Positions 9,526 to 18,902 of a DNA stretch of 64,000 nt are shown piece by piece. The notes under the pieces were generated by a model. It worked only from the letters and a program-made list of their open reading frames with translations, had not been told where the DNA came from and ran no database searches. The DNA lies in NCBI GenBank assembly GCA_965660305.1, contig CBFHZD010000005.1, positions 7,886 to 71,885 of the forward strand, read 5' to 3'. This DNA is from Flavobacteriales bacterium. GTDB taxonomy: Bacteria > Bacteroidota > Bacteroidia > Flavobacteriales_D > CAJJDF01. How positions within the stretch are numbered: the first letter of the stretch is position 1; every line of letters begins with the position of its first letter. A program made the position numbers and the translations under genes.

Positions 9526-9562
9526 AAAAAAAATTCCTTGGTTTAATTAAAACCAAGGAATT
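9526..9562 (-). terminator. rho-independent terminator downstream of 9588..10142
   Basis: Perfect 13-bp stem aattccttggttt / aaaccaaggaatt with a 5-nt loop. On the minus strand it is followed by a run of 8 T. Confidence 0.75.
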
Positions 9563-9587
9563 GTTGATTCGGTATATTTTACGAAGA

Positions 9588-10142
9588 TTATCCGGCAAGT
9601 TCCCACTTTGTATTTTGAATAAGTTCTTCGATCATTTCGTTTATTTTTAGAATCCGCTCATCGCATTCAAACCTACATAAAATTTTCTTCTGCTTTCCTT
9701 CTAGATTAAGATAAGTGATTGTAGAAGGTAGGTCAGAAACTGCTTTATTATCATAGATTGATTTTAAAGAAAAACAGCCCATTGAAGAAGCTTCCTTCAG
9801 TATATTGTTTACTTTACTTCGAGGAATTTTAGCTTTATACCTCCCTATTCTCGTTACATTTTTCTTCCCTTGATAGGTCGCCATTCCGTTGTTTAATACT
9901 TCGAAATCATAAACCGGACATTCACCAAAACAAGGAGTTTTAGTCATCGCTAACACGATTGTTTCGGCAAAATCTTCACTCTCCATATCAGTTGAAACTG
10001 GGGCCATATATTCACTCGTTTCTTTTTCTGATGTTTCCTCCACTTTTTCTGATATTTCTGTCGCTGTGTTCTGTTTTAATGAGGTACAACTAAAAAGAAC
10101 GAAAAAGCTGAATAAAAGAATGATTGCGGTATTATTTTTCAT
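9588..10142 (-). CDS. lipoprotein, DUF6438-like
   Basis: Lipobox LFSFFVLFSC. The Cys-containing core TPCFGECPVYDFEV...ILCRFECDE resembles DUF6438. Function unknown. Confidence 0.6.
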   Translation of the reverse strand: MKNNTAIILLFSFFVLFSCTSLKQNTATEISEKVEETSEKETSEYMAPVSTDMESEDFAETIVLAMTKTPCFGECPVYDFEVLNNGMATYQGKKNVTRIGRYKAKIPRSKVNNILKEASSMGCFSLKSIYDNKAVSDLPSTITYLNLEGKQKKILCRFECDERILKINEMIEELIQNTKWELAG

Positions 10143-10183
10143 GGTTTAATTTTTATCGTAGATAACAAAGAACGTTCCACTTA

Positions 10184-12118
10184 CTATTTCTTGGATTTTT
10201 GAGCCGCTTGCTGTTGCTTCATAGCCTCTTCCATTCTCTTTTGAAAAGCAGATTGTTTTTTAGGTTTTGTTTTGTTCATTTCAATGGTAGCCCTAATCTT
10301 ATCTTCATCAATCATGTAGTTTTTGACTAAAAGCATTAGTCCCATTGTTACTAAGTTACCACACAAATAATAATAAGTAAGTCCTGCCGAGAAACTATTC
10401 AAAAAGAATAACATCATAAGAGGCATGAGGTACATAATTACTTTCATGTTTGGCATACCTGGTTGAGAAGGCATACTCATTTGGCTGCTGTTCATTCTAG
10501 TATAGAAGATAGTTGAAATACACATCAATAAGGTGAACAAACTAACGTGATCTCCATAAGCAGGAATACTGAATCCTAAGTTGTAAATAGATTCATAAGT
10601 TGATAAATCTTCTGCCCAAAGGAATGAACGTTGCCTTAAATCTATATTAGAAGGAAAAAACTTAAATACAGCTAAAAGAATTGGCATTTGAATAAAAATT
10701 GGCAAACATCCCGCCATTGGATTTACTCCTGACTTCCTGTAAAGGGCCATTGTTTCCCTTTGCTTTTCTGCCATATCACCATCTTTAAACTTTTCGTTTA
10801 TCTCTGTTATTTCTGGTTTCAGAACTTTCATTTTTGCACTAGACTTATAGTTCTTGTAAGTCAAAGGCAATATAATTAATCGTACGGCCAGTGTAACCAG
10901 TAAGATGATCAATCCCATGGCAATGCCAAAATTATTCAAAAAATTAAAGATTGGTTTAATCAACCACTTGGCTGTCCATCTAAAAATTCCCCAACCTAAA
11001 TCAATGATGTCTTCCATTTCATTTTCGTGAGATGCCAGGATATCATAATCGTTTGGCCCAAAAAAGAATGTCATTGGAATACTAGTTCGACTATCAATCT
11101 CTGTTCCCACGTTCAATTCGGCTCTGTATGCATCTGAATAAGTAGCATTTTTAACAGGCCGGGAATAGACAGATCCTCCTTTTTCAAATCCTTCCTTAGA
11201 AATAACTACACTAGAAAAGTAACACTGTTTAAAAGCCACCCAGTCCGTCTTAGACTCTAATTCTTCCGAATCCTCGGTCATTTCGCTCAAGTATGTTCTA
11301 CCGTCATCACTTGGTTTATAAAACACACTACTCATTCTACTTTGTCCTTCTGCCTCTTTTTCGGTAATGAGTGATTTCAACTCCCAATTAAACATCATTT
11401 CATCTCCATCTACAATTCCTTCCAAGCCTACAAAATCAATAGAATAATCTACGTTGTAATTGTCAGAAAGAGAGTAACTCATTTCAATAAAACTTCCTTC
11501 TTTACTGGTTTTAGCTCTCAAAACTAACTTGTCATTCTCTTTTTTGACTGGAGTAAAAAACAATTCATTTGTTTGGATGTCTTTGGAGCTTTTCATTTCA
11601 AAATTGAAATACATGTCGCTTGAATCTTCGTCAAACAACTGAAGTGGTTCCAAAATAGGTAATTCCTTTGCTGGGACATCTTTCAAAGAATCTTTAGCCT
11701 TCATGTAGCTGGTGTAATTCTGATATTTTTTCAGTTCTGTTTTAACAATTCTACCTCCTTTGCTAGCAATCGTAAGAATCAACTCGTCATTCTCGATAGT
11801 AAAATAATCGTTAGTTCCTTGTGCCGAAGGGGCAAAAACATTAAGTCTCTCAGTTAAGACGCTGTTATTCTCCTCAAGTCGCACTAAGGCAATAGAATCT
11901 TTTTCCTCGGTAGTGAGTTCAGCATCTATTTCAATCTCATCAGCTTGTGAGTTTTCCAAAGCCAATTTCTCAGCTTTCGCAATACTGTCAGCCAAGAAAG
12001 CCTGTTCTTGTTGTTCTCTTCTTTGGTTAAGTTCCTCTTCCGAGGGCTGATTCATGATTTGAAAGGTAAATAATATTCCAATAATCAATACGATTCCTAT
12101 CAGGGTATTTCTGTCCAT
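10184..12118 (-). CDS. yidC: membrane protein insertase YidC
   Basis: Large periplasmic domain plus the 60-kDa IMP core (KMKVLKPEITEINEKFKD...MALYRKSGVNPMAGCLPIFIQMPILLAVFKFF). Start moved to ATG 12118 (MDRNTLIGIVLII), because a -7 box lies inside the longer ORF. Confidence 0.9.
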   Translation of the reverse strand: MDRNTLIGIVLIIGILFTFQIMNQPSEEELNQRREQQEQAFLADSIAKAEKLALENSQADEIEIDAELTTEEKDSIALVRLEENNSVLTERLNVFAPSAQGTNDYFTIENDELILTIASKGGRIVKTELKKYQNYTSYMKAKDSLKDVPAKELPILEPLQLFDEDSSDMYFNFEMKSSKDIQTNELFFTPVKKENDKLVLRAKTSKEGSFIEMSYSLSDNYNVDYSIDFVGLEGIVDGDEMMFNWELKSLITEKEAEGQSRMSSVFYKPSDDGRTYLSEMTEDSEELESKTDWVAFKQCYFSSVVISKEGFEKGGSVYSRPVKNATYSDAYRAELNVGTEIDSRTSIPMTFFFGPNDYDILASHENEMEDIIDLGWGIFRWTAKWLIKPIFNFLNNFGIAMGLIILLVTLAVRLIILPLTYKNYKSSAKMKVLKPEITEINEKFKDGDMAEKQRETMALYRKSGVNPMAGCLPIFIQMPILLAVFKFFPSNIDLRQRSFLWAEDLSTYESIYNLGFSIPAYGDHVSLFTLLMCISTIFYTRMNSSQMSMPSQPGMPNMKVIMYLMPLMMLFFLNSFSAGLTYYYLCGNLVTMGLMLLVKNYMIDEDKIRATIEMNKTKPKKQSAFQKRMEEAMKQQQAAQKSKK

Positions 12119-12144
12119 GTTTGTTTGTGTTCTCTTATAAGTTC

Positions 12145-12152
12145 CAAAGATA
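12145..12152 (-). promoter_or_regulatory. Bacteroidota -7 promoter box (TATCTTTG on minus strand) for yidC
   Basis: The plus strand reads CAAAGATA, the reverse complement of TAnnTTTG. It sits 27 nt upstream of ATG 12118. Confidence 0.5.
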
Positions 12153-12257
12153 ATTTTTTTTAGACTAATTCTAGATGATTCGCCTATTTTTAAGCCCATT
12201 CGATTGGTAAATGGCACAAGAATTAAAAAAAGCTCAGTTTTTTTCCTAGCTTTAAAT

Positions 12258-12265
12258 TAAATTTG
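12258..12265 (+). promoter_or_regulatory. Bacteroidota -7 promoter box TAAATTTG for aroQ
   Basis: Exact TAnnTTTG match ending 4 nt before the aroQ ATG (12270), which implies a leaderless or near-leaderless mRNA. Confidence 0.45.
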
Positions 12266-12269
12266 ACCC

Positions 12270-12695
12270 ATGAAATTATTAATTATCAATGGTCCCAACC
12301 TTAACTTGGTAGGAAAAAGGAATCCTGAGGTTTACGGCAATGAAAACCTAGATCAATATATGGAAAAACTTGCGTCAGAATACCACATCCAAACCTACCA
12401 AAGCAACATTGAAGGAGAAATCATAGACAAGCTTCAACAAGCTGAAAAAGAGAAGTTTGAGGGTGTCATTTTAAATGCCGGTGGTTACACACACACTTCA
12501 ATTTCCATAGCAGATGCTGTGGAAGCTATTTCTGTTCCTGTATTGGAGGTTCATATTTCCAATATTTTTTCGAGAGAAGAATTCCGAAACAAATCCTTGA
12601 TTGCACCGCAATGTATAGGGCATATTTCTGGGTTTGGATTGTTGGGTTACGAACTAGCAATAAAGGCTTTCTTATCAATTTCAAAACAAGTTTAA
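12270..12695 (+). CDS. aroQ: type II 3-dehydroquinate dehydratase
   Basis: LIINGPNLNLVGKRNPEVYG and HISNIFSREEFR signatures; 141 aa. Confidence 0.95.
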   Translation: MKLLIINGPNLNLVGKRNPEVYGNENLDQYMEKLASEYHIQTYQSNIEGEIIDKLQQAEKEKFEGVILNAGGYTHTSISIADAVEAISVPVLEVHISNIFSREEFRNKSLIAPQCIGHISGFGLLGYELAIKAFLSISKQV

Positions 12696-12713
12696 TAATC
12701 AAAAGCAAATCTT

Positions 12714-12721
12714 TATATTTG
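12714..12721 (+). promoter_or_regulatory. -7 promoter box TATATTTG for 12744..13634
   Basis: Exact TAnnTTTG match 22 nt upstream of the ATG. Confidence 0.5.
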
Positions 12722-12743
12722 CAATTAAATCAACACATTCAAT

Positions 12744-13634
12744 ATGAAAAAAATAGCCGTTGTAGGAGCTGGAACAATGGGAAACGGAATTGCCCATGTA
12801 TTTGCACAATCAGGATTTACAGTTTCCTTAATTGATATTTCACAAAACTCGCTTGATAAAGCGATTGCAACCATAACCAAAAACTTAGACAGACTTCTTA
12901 CAAAGGAGCGAATTACCGAAGAAGTAAGAAACTCAACAATTTCCAACATTACAACCTTTACCGATATGGCTGAAGGAGTTTCTGGAGTTGATTTAGTTGT
13001 TGAAGCAGCTACTGAAAATATTGATCTGAAACTAAAAATATTTAAACAACTGGATGAGTTGACAGCAGAGCATGTCATCCTTGCCTCAAATACTTCATCC
13101 ATCTCTATCACGCAAATAGGTGCTGCTACATCTCGCCCAGGGAAAGTTATTGGAATGCATTTTATGAATCCTGTTCCAATTATGAAGTTGGTAGAAATCA
13201 TAAGAGGATATGCCACAACTGATGAGGTGACACATGCCATCATGGAAATGAGCAAGAAATTGGGTAAAACTCCTGTTGAAGTGAATGATTACCCAGGGTT
13301 TATTGCCAACAGAATATTGATGCCCATGATCAATGAGGCTATTTACTCGTTATACGAAAGTGTGGCTGGTGTTGAAGAAATTGACACAGTAATGAAACTT
13401 GGAATGGCTCATCCGATGGGACCATTGCAGCTTGCCGATTTTATAGGTTTAGATGTTTGTTTATCCATTCTTAATGTGCTTCACGATGGATTTGGGAATC
13501 CAAAATACGCCCCTTGCCCACTCTTGGTAAATATGGTAACGGCAGGAAAACTTGGAGTAAAATCTGGAGAAGGTTTTTATTCTTGGGGACACGGAACCAA
13601 GGAATTAATTGTGGCAGATAATTTTAAGAAATAA
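12744..13634 (+). CDS. 3-hydroxyacyl-CoA / 3-hydroxybutyryl-CoA dehydrogenase
   Basis: KIAVVGAGTMGNGIAHVFAQSG Rossmann motif, plus the HFMNPVPIMKLVEI and GFIANRIL blocks of the 3HCDH family. Confidence 0.9.
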   Translation: MKKIAVVGAGTMGNGIAHVFAQSGFTVSLIDISQNSLDKAIATITKNLDRLLTKERITEEVRNSTISNITTFTDMAEGVSGVDLVVEAATENIDLKLKIFKQLDELTAEHVILASNTSSISITQIGAATSRPGKVIGMHFMNPVPIMKLVEIIRGYATTDEVTHAIMEMSKKLGKTPVEVNDYPGFIANRILMPMINEAIYSLYESVAGVEEIDTVMKLGMAHPMGPLQLADFIGLDVCLSILNVLHDGFGNPKYAPCPLLVNMVTAGKLGVKSGEGFYSWGHGTKELIVADNFKK

Positions 13635-13647
13635 AGCCTCTTATTTC

Positions 13648-14787
13648 ATGAATGAAATTGATAGCTTAAAAAAAGAACTCGCAGAAACGAAGAAGATTCT
13701 GAGAGATGGACAAGTGATATTTAATCATATCGTTGAATCTAATTTTGCAGGCTATTTTGATTGGCAAATTCAAGAGAATACCGAGTACCTCAGTCCTACG
13801 TTCAAAAAAATGTTTGGATATGAGGATCATGAAATGGAAAACAGTCCAGAAGCGTGGCAAAAAATAATTTTCCAAGAAGATTTACCTAAAGTTTTTGAGT
13901 TGTTTGAAGCGCACGTAAAATCCAAAGGAAAAATTCCTTTTGACAGTGAATTACGTTACCATCACAAGGATGGCTCGGTAGTTTGGGTGTTTTGTAGAGG
14001 AAAAGTAGTAGAATGGGATGAGAATGGAAAGCCTCTGCGGATGCTGGGCTCACATATAGACATTACGAGCATCAAAAAAGAAAAAGAAACACAACAATAC
14101 ATTGAAAAACTCGAGCAAAAAAACAGGGAACTTCAACAATTTGCCTATGTGGCTTCCCATGATTTGCAGGAACCACTAAGAACAATTATGAGTTTTTCAG
14201 ATCTCATGCTCGAACAATATAGCAAGGAATTACTAGGCAATGCCGACACCTATATACGCTTCATATCAGATGCCTCAAAAAGAATGAGTAAGCTTGTAAA
14301 AGGATTGCTCGATTACACCAGAATCGGTAAAAACTTTGAAGTTTCTGAGGTGAACATGGAACAAATCGTTCAGTTTGTTCTTGACGATTTGAATACCCTA
14401 ATCAACGAAAACAATGTAACTTTCGAAATAAACAAACTCCCCTCTATCAAGGCTCAAAACAATGAAATGAGATCTTTGATAATAAACCTAATAACAAATG
14501 CCATCAAGTATAAAAAATCAGATGAATTCCCACGAATAAAAATTGGGGTAAAAGAAAAAACTAACTTCTGGGAATTTTTTATTGAAGACAATGGTATTGG
14601 AATAGAAAAAGTTCATCTTAAGCGAATCTTCTTGATTTTTCAGCAACTACATAATAGAGAAGTATATGTGGGCACAGGAATAGGACTTGCCCATTGCCAA
14701 AAAATTGTAGAATTGCATGGTGGAAAAATTTGGGCAGAATCCATTCCTAAAGTTGGCAGTACATTCTACTTCACAATACCGAAATAA
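13648..14787 (+). CDS. PAS-domain sensor histidine kinase (cytoplasmic)
   Basis: PAS region (YLSPTFKKMFGYEDHEM...HHKDGSVVWVFCRG). H-box FAYVASHDLQEPLRTI. HATPase N and G boxes (ITNAIKY, DNGIGI, GTGIGLAHC). Start moved to ATG 13648, after the stop of the upstream gene. Confidence 0.85.
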   Translation: MNEIDSLKKELAETKKILRDGQVIFNHIVESNFAGYFDWQIQENTEYLSPTFKKMFGYEDHEMENSPEAWQKIIFQEDLPKVFELFEAHVKSKGKIPFDSELRYHHKDGSVVWVFCRGKVVEWDENGKPLRMLGSHIDITSIKKEKETQQYIEKLEQKNRELQQFAYVASHDLQEPLRTIMSFSDLMLEQYSKELLGNADTYIRFISDASKRMSKLVKGLLDYTRIGKNFEVSEVNMEQIVQFVLDDLNTLINENNVTFEINKLPSIKAQNNEMRSLIINLITNAIKYKKSDEFPRIKIGVKEKTNFWEFFIEDNGIGIEKVHLKRIFLIFQQLHNREVYVGTGIGLAHCQKIVELHGGKIWAESIPKVGSTFYFTIPK

Positions 14788-14802
14788 CTATCTAATAACA
14801 CT

Positions 14803-15210
14803 ATGAACAAAAAACTTAATACCGTTTTACTAATTGATGACGATGCACCCACAAACTTTATTGCAAAAATGATTGTGGCAAAAGCTGATCTCAGCGATAC
14901 CACCAAAACAATCAATAGCGCAGTAAAAGCTATCGAATTTTTAAAGGATGATAACCTTTCGGATTACGACATTCCTGATTTGATATTCCTTGACATCAAC
15001 ATGCCCTCAATGAACGGATGGGAATTTCTGGAAGAGTATAAAAAACTAAACATTCATGAAAGAAAAAAAATTGTTCTTTACATGCTCACTACTTCAATGA
15101 ATGATGATGATGAATTTAGATCAAAGAAAATTGACTTTGTGGATGGTTTTCTCAGTAAGCCCATAACTTTAAAAGCTTACACAGAAATTGTAAATAAACA
15201 CTTTGAATAA
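14803..15210 (+). CDS. single-domain response regulator (receiver only)
   Basis: LLIDDD...DLIFLDINMPSMNGWEFL...TTS...SKP receiver motifs. At 135 aa there is no output domain. Confidence 0.85.
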   Translation: MNKKLNTVLLIDDDAPTNFIAKMIVAKADLSDTTKTINSAVKAIEFLKDDNLSDYDIPDLIFLDINMPSMNGWEFLEEYKKLNIHERKKIVLYMLTTSMNDDDEFRSKKIDFVDGFLSKPITLKAYTEIVNKHFE

Positions 15211-15239
15211 TTAACTTTACTTCACTTCAATAATATTCC

Positions 15240-15247
15240 TAACTTTG
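15240..15247 (+). promoter_or_regulatory. -7 promoter box TAACTTTG for 15264..16514
   Basis: Exact TAnnTTTG match 16 nt upstream of the ATG. Confidence 0.5.
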
Positions 15248-15263
15248 ACAAATCAATAGAAAC

Positions 15264-16514
15264 ATGAAGCACAATTTACTTTTAAAATCTGCCCACATCG
15301 TAAACCCATCTTCTCCGTTTCATTCTCAAATCAAAGACATTCTGATAACAGATGGAATCATTACGAAAATTGAAGATTCAATTCAAAGCCAACCCGGTAT
15401 TGAGGTAATTGAAGAACAAAATCTTCATGTATCACCAGGATGGATAGACATAAAGTCGAATTTAAGAGAACCTGGAGAGGAATGGAAAGAAACTCTTAAA
15501 TCAGGTTCAGAGGCAGGAATTTCTGGAGGTTTCACTCATCTCATTATTTCTCCAAACACCAAACAACCTCTAGACAGCAAAAATAGAATTGACTACATCA
15601 AAGCTGCCTCAGCAGAGTTGCCTATTTCAATTTCTTCCTTTGGAACCTTGAGCCACGAATTAAGAGGGGAAGAACTCTCAGAAATGTATGAAATGAGCCA
15701 AGCTGGAGCTGTGGCCTTTACAGACGACAAAAATGAGGTGAGTACAGGACTCATGTCAAAAGCTTTGCTGTATGCCAAAAACATCAACCAACTCATTGTG
15801 AGTTCCCCTATCGATCATTCTTTGGCTAAAAATGGACAAATTCATGAGGGAGAAATAAGTACCAGAATGGGATTGAAAGGAATCCCAAGTTTATCGGAAA
15901 CACTCAGGATAGAAAGAGATTTGGCTTTGGCCAACTATCACAACTCACCTGTCCATTTCTCTTGTATTTCTTCGCAAGAATCAGTTGAATTAATAAGAGA
16001 AGCAAAGAAAAAGGGAATGAAGGTGACCTGCGACATCGCAGCACATCAACTATTTTTCACGGATAATGACACGCGAAGTTTCAATTCACATTTCAAAGTG
16101 CTACCTCCATTTAGAACCACATCGGACAGAGAAGCGCTGATAGAGGGACTGAATGACGGAACAATTGATGCCATTTGTTCAGACCATACTCCGCATGACA
16201 TTGAAGACAAAAAATTAGAATTTAACTTAGCTGAATTTGGAATCATAGGTCTAGAAACAGCCTTTGCCGCTGTTGCCTCAGCCACGGCAGGTAAGCTGAG
16301 TACAGAAACCTTGATTAGCAAATTAACGAGTGGTCCAACAGCTATTTTTAACTTGCCAAAGAATGAAATTAAAGTTGGCGAAAAAGCTAACCTCACGCTA
16401 TTTGACCCGAATAGAAAATGGACATTCGAAAAATCTGACATTCGTTCCAAATCTAAAAACACGCCTTTTGTTGGTGTAGAATTTACGGGAAAAGCACTGG
16501 GGATTGTTTGTTAA
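15264..16514 (+). CDS. dihydroorotase-like amidohydrolase, probably non-catalytic (metal ligands substituted)
   Basis: Overall type-I DHOase layout (SPGWIDIKSNLREPGEEWKE, GAVAFTDDKN, SDHTPHDIEDK). The expected D-x-H-x-H reads DIKSN, and the H-x-x-H-x-S block reads VHFSCIS. Confidence 0.75.
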   Translation: MKHNLLLKSAHIVNPSSPFHSQIKDILITDGIITKIEDSIQSQPGIEVIEEQNLHVSPGWIDIKSNLREPGEEWKETLKSGSEAGISGGFTHLIISPNTKQPLDSKNRIDYIKAASAELPISISSFGTLSHELRGEELSEMYEMSQAGAVAFTDDKNEVSTGLMSKALLYAKNINQLIVSSPIDHSLAKNGQIHEGEISTRMGLKGIPSLSETLRIERDLALANYHNSPVHFSCISSQESVELIREAKKKGMKVTCDIAAHQLFFTDNDTRSFNSHFKVLPPFRTTSDREALIEGLNDGTIDAICSDHTPHDIEDKKLEFNLAEFGIIGLETAFAAVASATAGKLSTETLISKLTSGPTAIFNLPKNEIKVGEKANLTLFDPNRKWTFEKSDIRSKSKNTPFVGVEFTGKALGIVC

Positions 16515-16555
16515 AACAAATCAACCTCATGCAGATGGATAAAAACTAACTACAC

Positions 16556-17788
16556 ATGGCTCTAAACATAATTTGGATAGGTTTTTTTATAATTGCCTTG
16601 CTCGTGGCGCTTATCAAGCTCATCTTTTTTCAGGAGTATGACATTCTTAATCAACTTGTAAAGAGCTTGTATGACAATGCCGAAACTGGATTTACCTTAT
16701 CCATAGGGCTTACTGCAATTTTAGCCTTTTGGCTGGGCATAATGAAAATTGGCGAAAACGGAGGAGCAATAAAATTGCTATCCAAATTGGTCAGTCCGCT
16801 ATTTACTCGCTTGTTTCCCGAAATACCAAAAAATCACCCCGCTTTGGGTTCTATGATGATGAATTTTTCGGCCAATATGCTGGGACTTGATAATGCTGCA
16901 ACTCCCATGGGACTCAAAGCAATGAACCAATTGCAGGAAATCAATCCAAAAAAAGAAACGGCTTCCAATGCTCAAATCATGTTTTTGGTTTTGAATACTT
17001 CGGGACTCACCATCATCCCTGTATCCATTATTGCGCTCAGAGCAAGTGGAGGTTCAGAAAATCCATCTATGGTGTTCTTGCCTATTTTATTAGCCACCTT
17101 TGTTTCCAGTTTATTTGGATTAATTATCACTTCCATTTATCAAAAAATAAATTTACTTCAGCCTGTCATTTTAGCCTACATTGGTGGACTATCTGCAGTG
17201 ATTGTCGCGCTATTTATCTATTTGGGCACCTTGGATAAAGAAGGTTTAGAAATGGCTTCTAACCTCATTTCAAGCTCTATCATTTTAGGAATTATTTTTG
17301 GCTTCATCCTTCTGGCTGCAATCAAAAAAGTAAATGTGTACGAAAGTTTTATAGACGGAGCCAAGGAAGGATTTGGTGTCGCTATCAAAATTATTCCCTA
17401 CCTTATTGCTATGCTTTGCGCCATTGGGGTATTCCGAACTGTGGGTGCAATGGATTATTTAATCGATTTTTTTAGGTGGTTTTTTGAATTACTTGGAGCC
17501 GACACTCGCTTTGTTGATGGATTGCCCACAGCTTTCATGAAACCACTTTCGGGTAGTGGAGCTCGCGGAATGATGGTAGAATCTTGGGGTACATTTGGGA
17601 TAGATTCATTTGTTGGAAAACTGACTTCTATCTTTCAAGGAAGTACAGAGACCACTTTCTATGTACTTGCCGTATATTTTGGATCAGTAGGAATCAAAAA
17701 CACGCGATATGCAGCCACAGCGGGAATCTTGGCAGACTTAGCAGGGGTTGTTGCTGCCATTTTAATCACTTATTATTTCTTTGGTTAA
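16556..17788 (+). CDS. nucleoside-recognition-domain membrane protein (fused SpmA/SpmB-like)
   Basis: 410-aa polytopic protein. The block FPEIPKNHPALGSMMMNFSANMLGLDNAATPMGLKAM is SpmA-like. Confidence 0.7.
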   Translation: MALNIIWIGFFIIALLVALIKLIFFQEYDILNQLVKSLYDNAETGFTLSIGLTAILAFWLGIMKIGENGGAIKLLSKLVSPLFTRLFPEIPKNHPALGSMMMNFSANMLGLDNAATPMGLKAMNQLQEINPKKETASNAQIMFLVLNTSGLTIIPVSIIALRASGGSENPSMVFLPILLATFVSSLFGLIITSIYQKINLLQPVILAYIGGLSAVIVALFIYLGTLDKEGLEMASNLISSSIILGIIFGFILLAAIKKVNVYESFIDGAKEGFGVAIKIIPYLIAMLCAIGVFRTVGAMDYLIDFFRWFFELLGADTRFVDGLPTAFMKPLSGSGARGMMVESWGTFGIDSFVGKLTSIFQGSTETTFYVLAVYFGSVGIKNTRYAATAGILADLAGVVAAILITYYFFG

Positions 17789-18774
17789 TGAGCACAAAAA
17801 AGTCAACAGTTGTCTATAGAATGCCGGGAGAAAAAGAGTTCTACTCGCTAGAAACTCAAGAACCATTGCTCAAAAACGATCTTGGAAAAGAACAGGGATT
17901 TTATTTCTCCGATTTTGAAACAGGTACCATTTACTCGATTCAAGATACTGAACCAAAAAAAAACAATTGGCCTCTTTTTGAACCCCATTTCAATGCCATG
18001 CAAGAAGCTTCGGAAAAGCAGTTTTATTTAAAAAAAGTAGAAGAAATCTCAACTAAGATTGTAGGAGGACAATTTGAGAAAGTGGTGTATTCAAAAATAA
18101 AAAACGAAACCAAAGAAACCGACTTTCAACTCGAGCAAGTGTTTTCTTCCTTGTGTAAAAAATACCCTCATGCCTTTGTCTATTGTATTTCCACCCCGCA
18201 ATTTGGAACCTGGATGGGAGCCACTCCTGAGTTATTGATAGAAAAAAAAGACACTAAATTCAGAACAGTGTCGCTAGCCGGAACCAGAACTCAATCCATG
18301 CAATGGACCCAAAAGGAAAGGAGAGAACAGCAGGTTGTTACTGATTTTATTTCGCAAAACATTACTCCTTTTTGTCAAAATATCTCGGTGAGTGATCCCT
18401 ACGATTTGGATACCGGCTCAGTGATTCATCTAAAATCGGACATCGAGGGACAACTAAAAAACGAACATACAATTTGGGAAATTACACAGGCCCTGCACCC
18501 TACTCCAGCCGTTTGTGGTATCCCTACCCAATTGGCCAAAACCTATATTTCTGACAATGAAAACCACAAAAGAGGATTATACACAGGATTTATTGGACCA
18601 ATGAACATGAACCACCATAGTAGTCTTTTTGTAAATTTGAGGTGTATGCAAATCGGTAGTCAAATTATATCGCTTTACTTGGGTGGTGGAATTATGGCAG
18701 ATTCTGTTCCAGAAAAAGAATGGATCGAAACCGAAAACAAAGCACAAACCTTACTCTCTGTTTTGGCGAAATAA
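17788..18774 (+). CDS. menF: isochorismate synthase (chorismate-binding enzyme)
   Basis: C-terminal chorismate-binding core (ALHPTPAVCGIP, RGLYTGFIGP, FVNLRCMQI, LYLGGGIMADSVPEKEWIETENKA). Start moved to the ATG in TAATG, overlapping the upstream stop by 1 nt. The track's 5' extension is an out-of-frame read-through of the upstream gene. Confidence 0.8.
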   Translation: MSTKKSTVVYRMPGEKEFYSLETQEPLLKNDLGKEQGFYFSDFETGTIYSIQDTEPKKNNWPLFEPHFNAMQEASEKQFYLKKVEEISTKIVGGQFEKVVYSKIKNETKETDFQLEQVFSSLCKKYPHAFVYCISTPQFGTWMGATPELLIEKKDTKFRTVSLAGTRTQSMQWTQKERREQQVVTDFISQNITPFCQNISVSDPYDLDTGSVIHLKSDIEGQLKNEHTIWEITQALHPTPAVCGIPTQLAKTYISDNENHKRGLYTGFIGPMNMNHHSSLFVNLRCMQIGSQIISLYLGGGIMADSVPEKEWIETENKAQTLLSVLAK

Positions 18775-18902
18775 CAACTTCCATAGAAAAAACACTCGTA
18801 ATCTGTCAATTTTACATCATAGTAATATTGGCAAACCTTTTGATAAAAAAAGGTGAAAACCAATTGTAAATCCATTAAATTGTAGAACGAAACAAATCCA
18901 CT

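Noticed and set aside
12725-13255. 176-aa ORF antisense to the 3-hydroxyacyl-CoA dehydrogenase gene.
   Set aside because: It is fully embedded antisense to a gene with strong family motifs. Its translation is low-complexity (S/V/I-rich) and motif-free. This is a typical shadow ORF.
16046-16462. 138-aa ORF antisense to the dihydroorotase-like gene. Similar shadow ORFs lie at 30693-31061 (antisense to the MCE gene), 38569-39031 and 39466-39966 (antisense to maeB), and 54271-54621 (antisense to the adhesin gene).
   Set aside because: All lie wholly inside well-supported genes on the opposite strand, and all lack recognisable motifs, promoter boxes or signal peptides.
17584-17787. 5' extension of the isochorismate synthase ORF (TTG start at 17584) overlapping 204 nt of the upstream membrane-protein gene.
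   Set aside because: The extension translates to Cys/Arg-rich nonsense (MGYIWDRFICWKTDFYLSRKYRDHFLCTCRIFW...). A clean ATG at 17788 in a TAATG overlap gives a normal MenF N-terminus.
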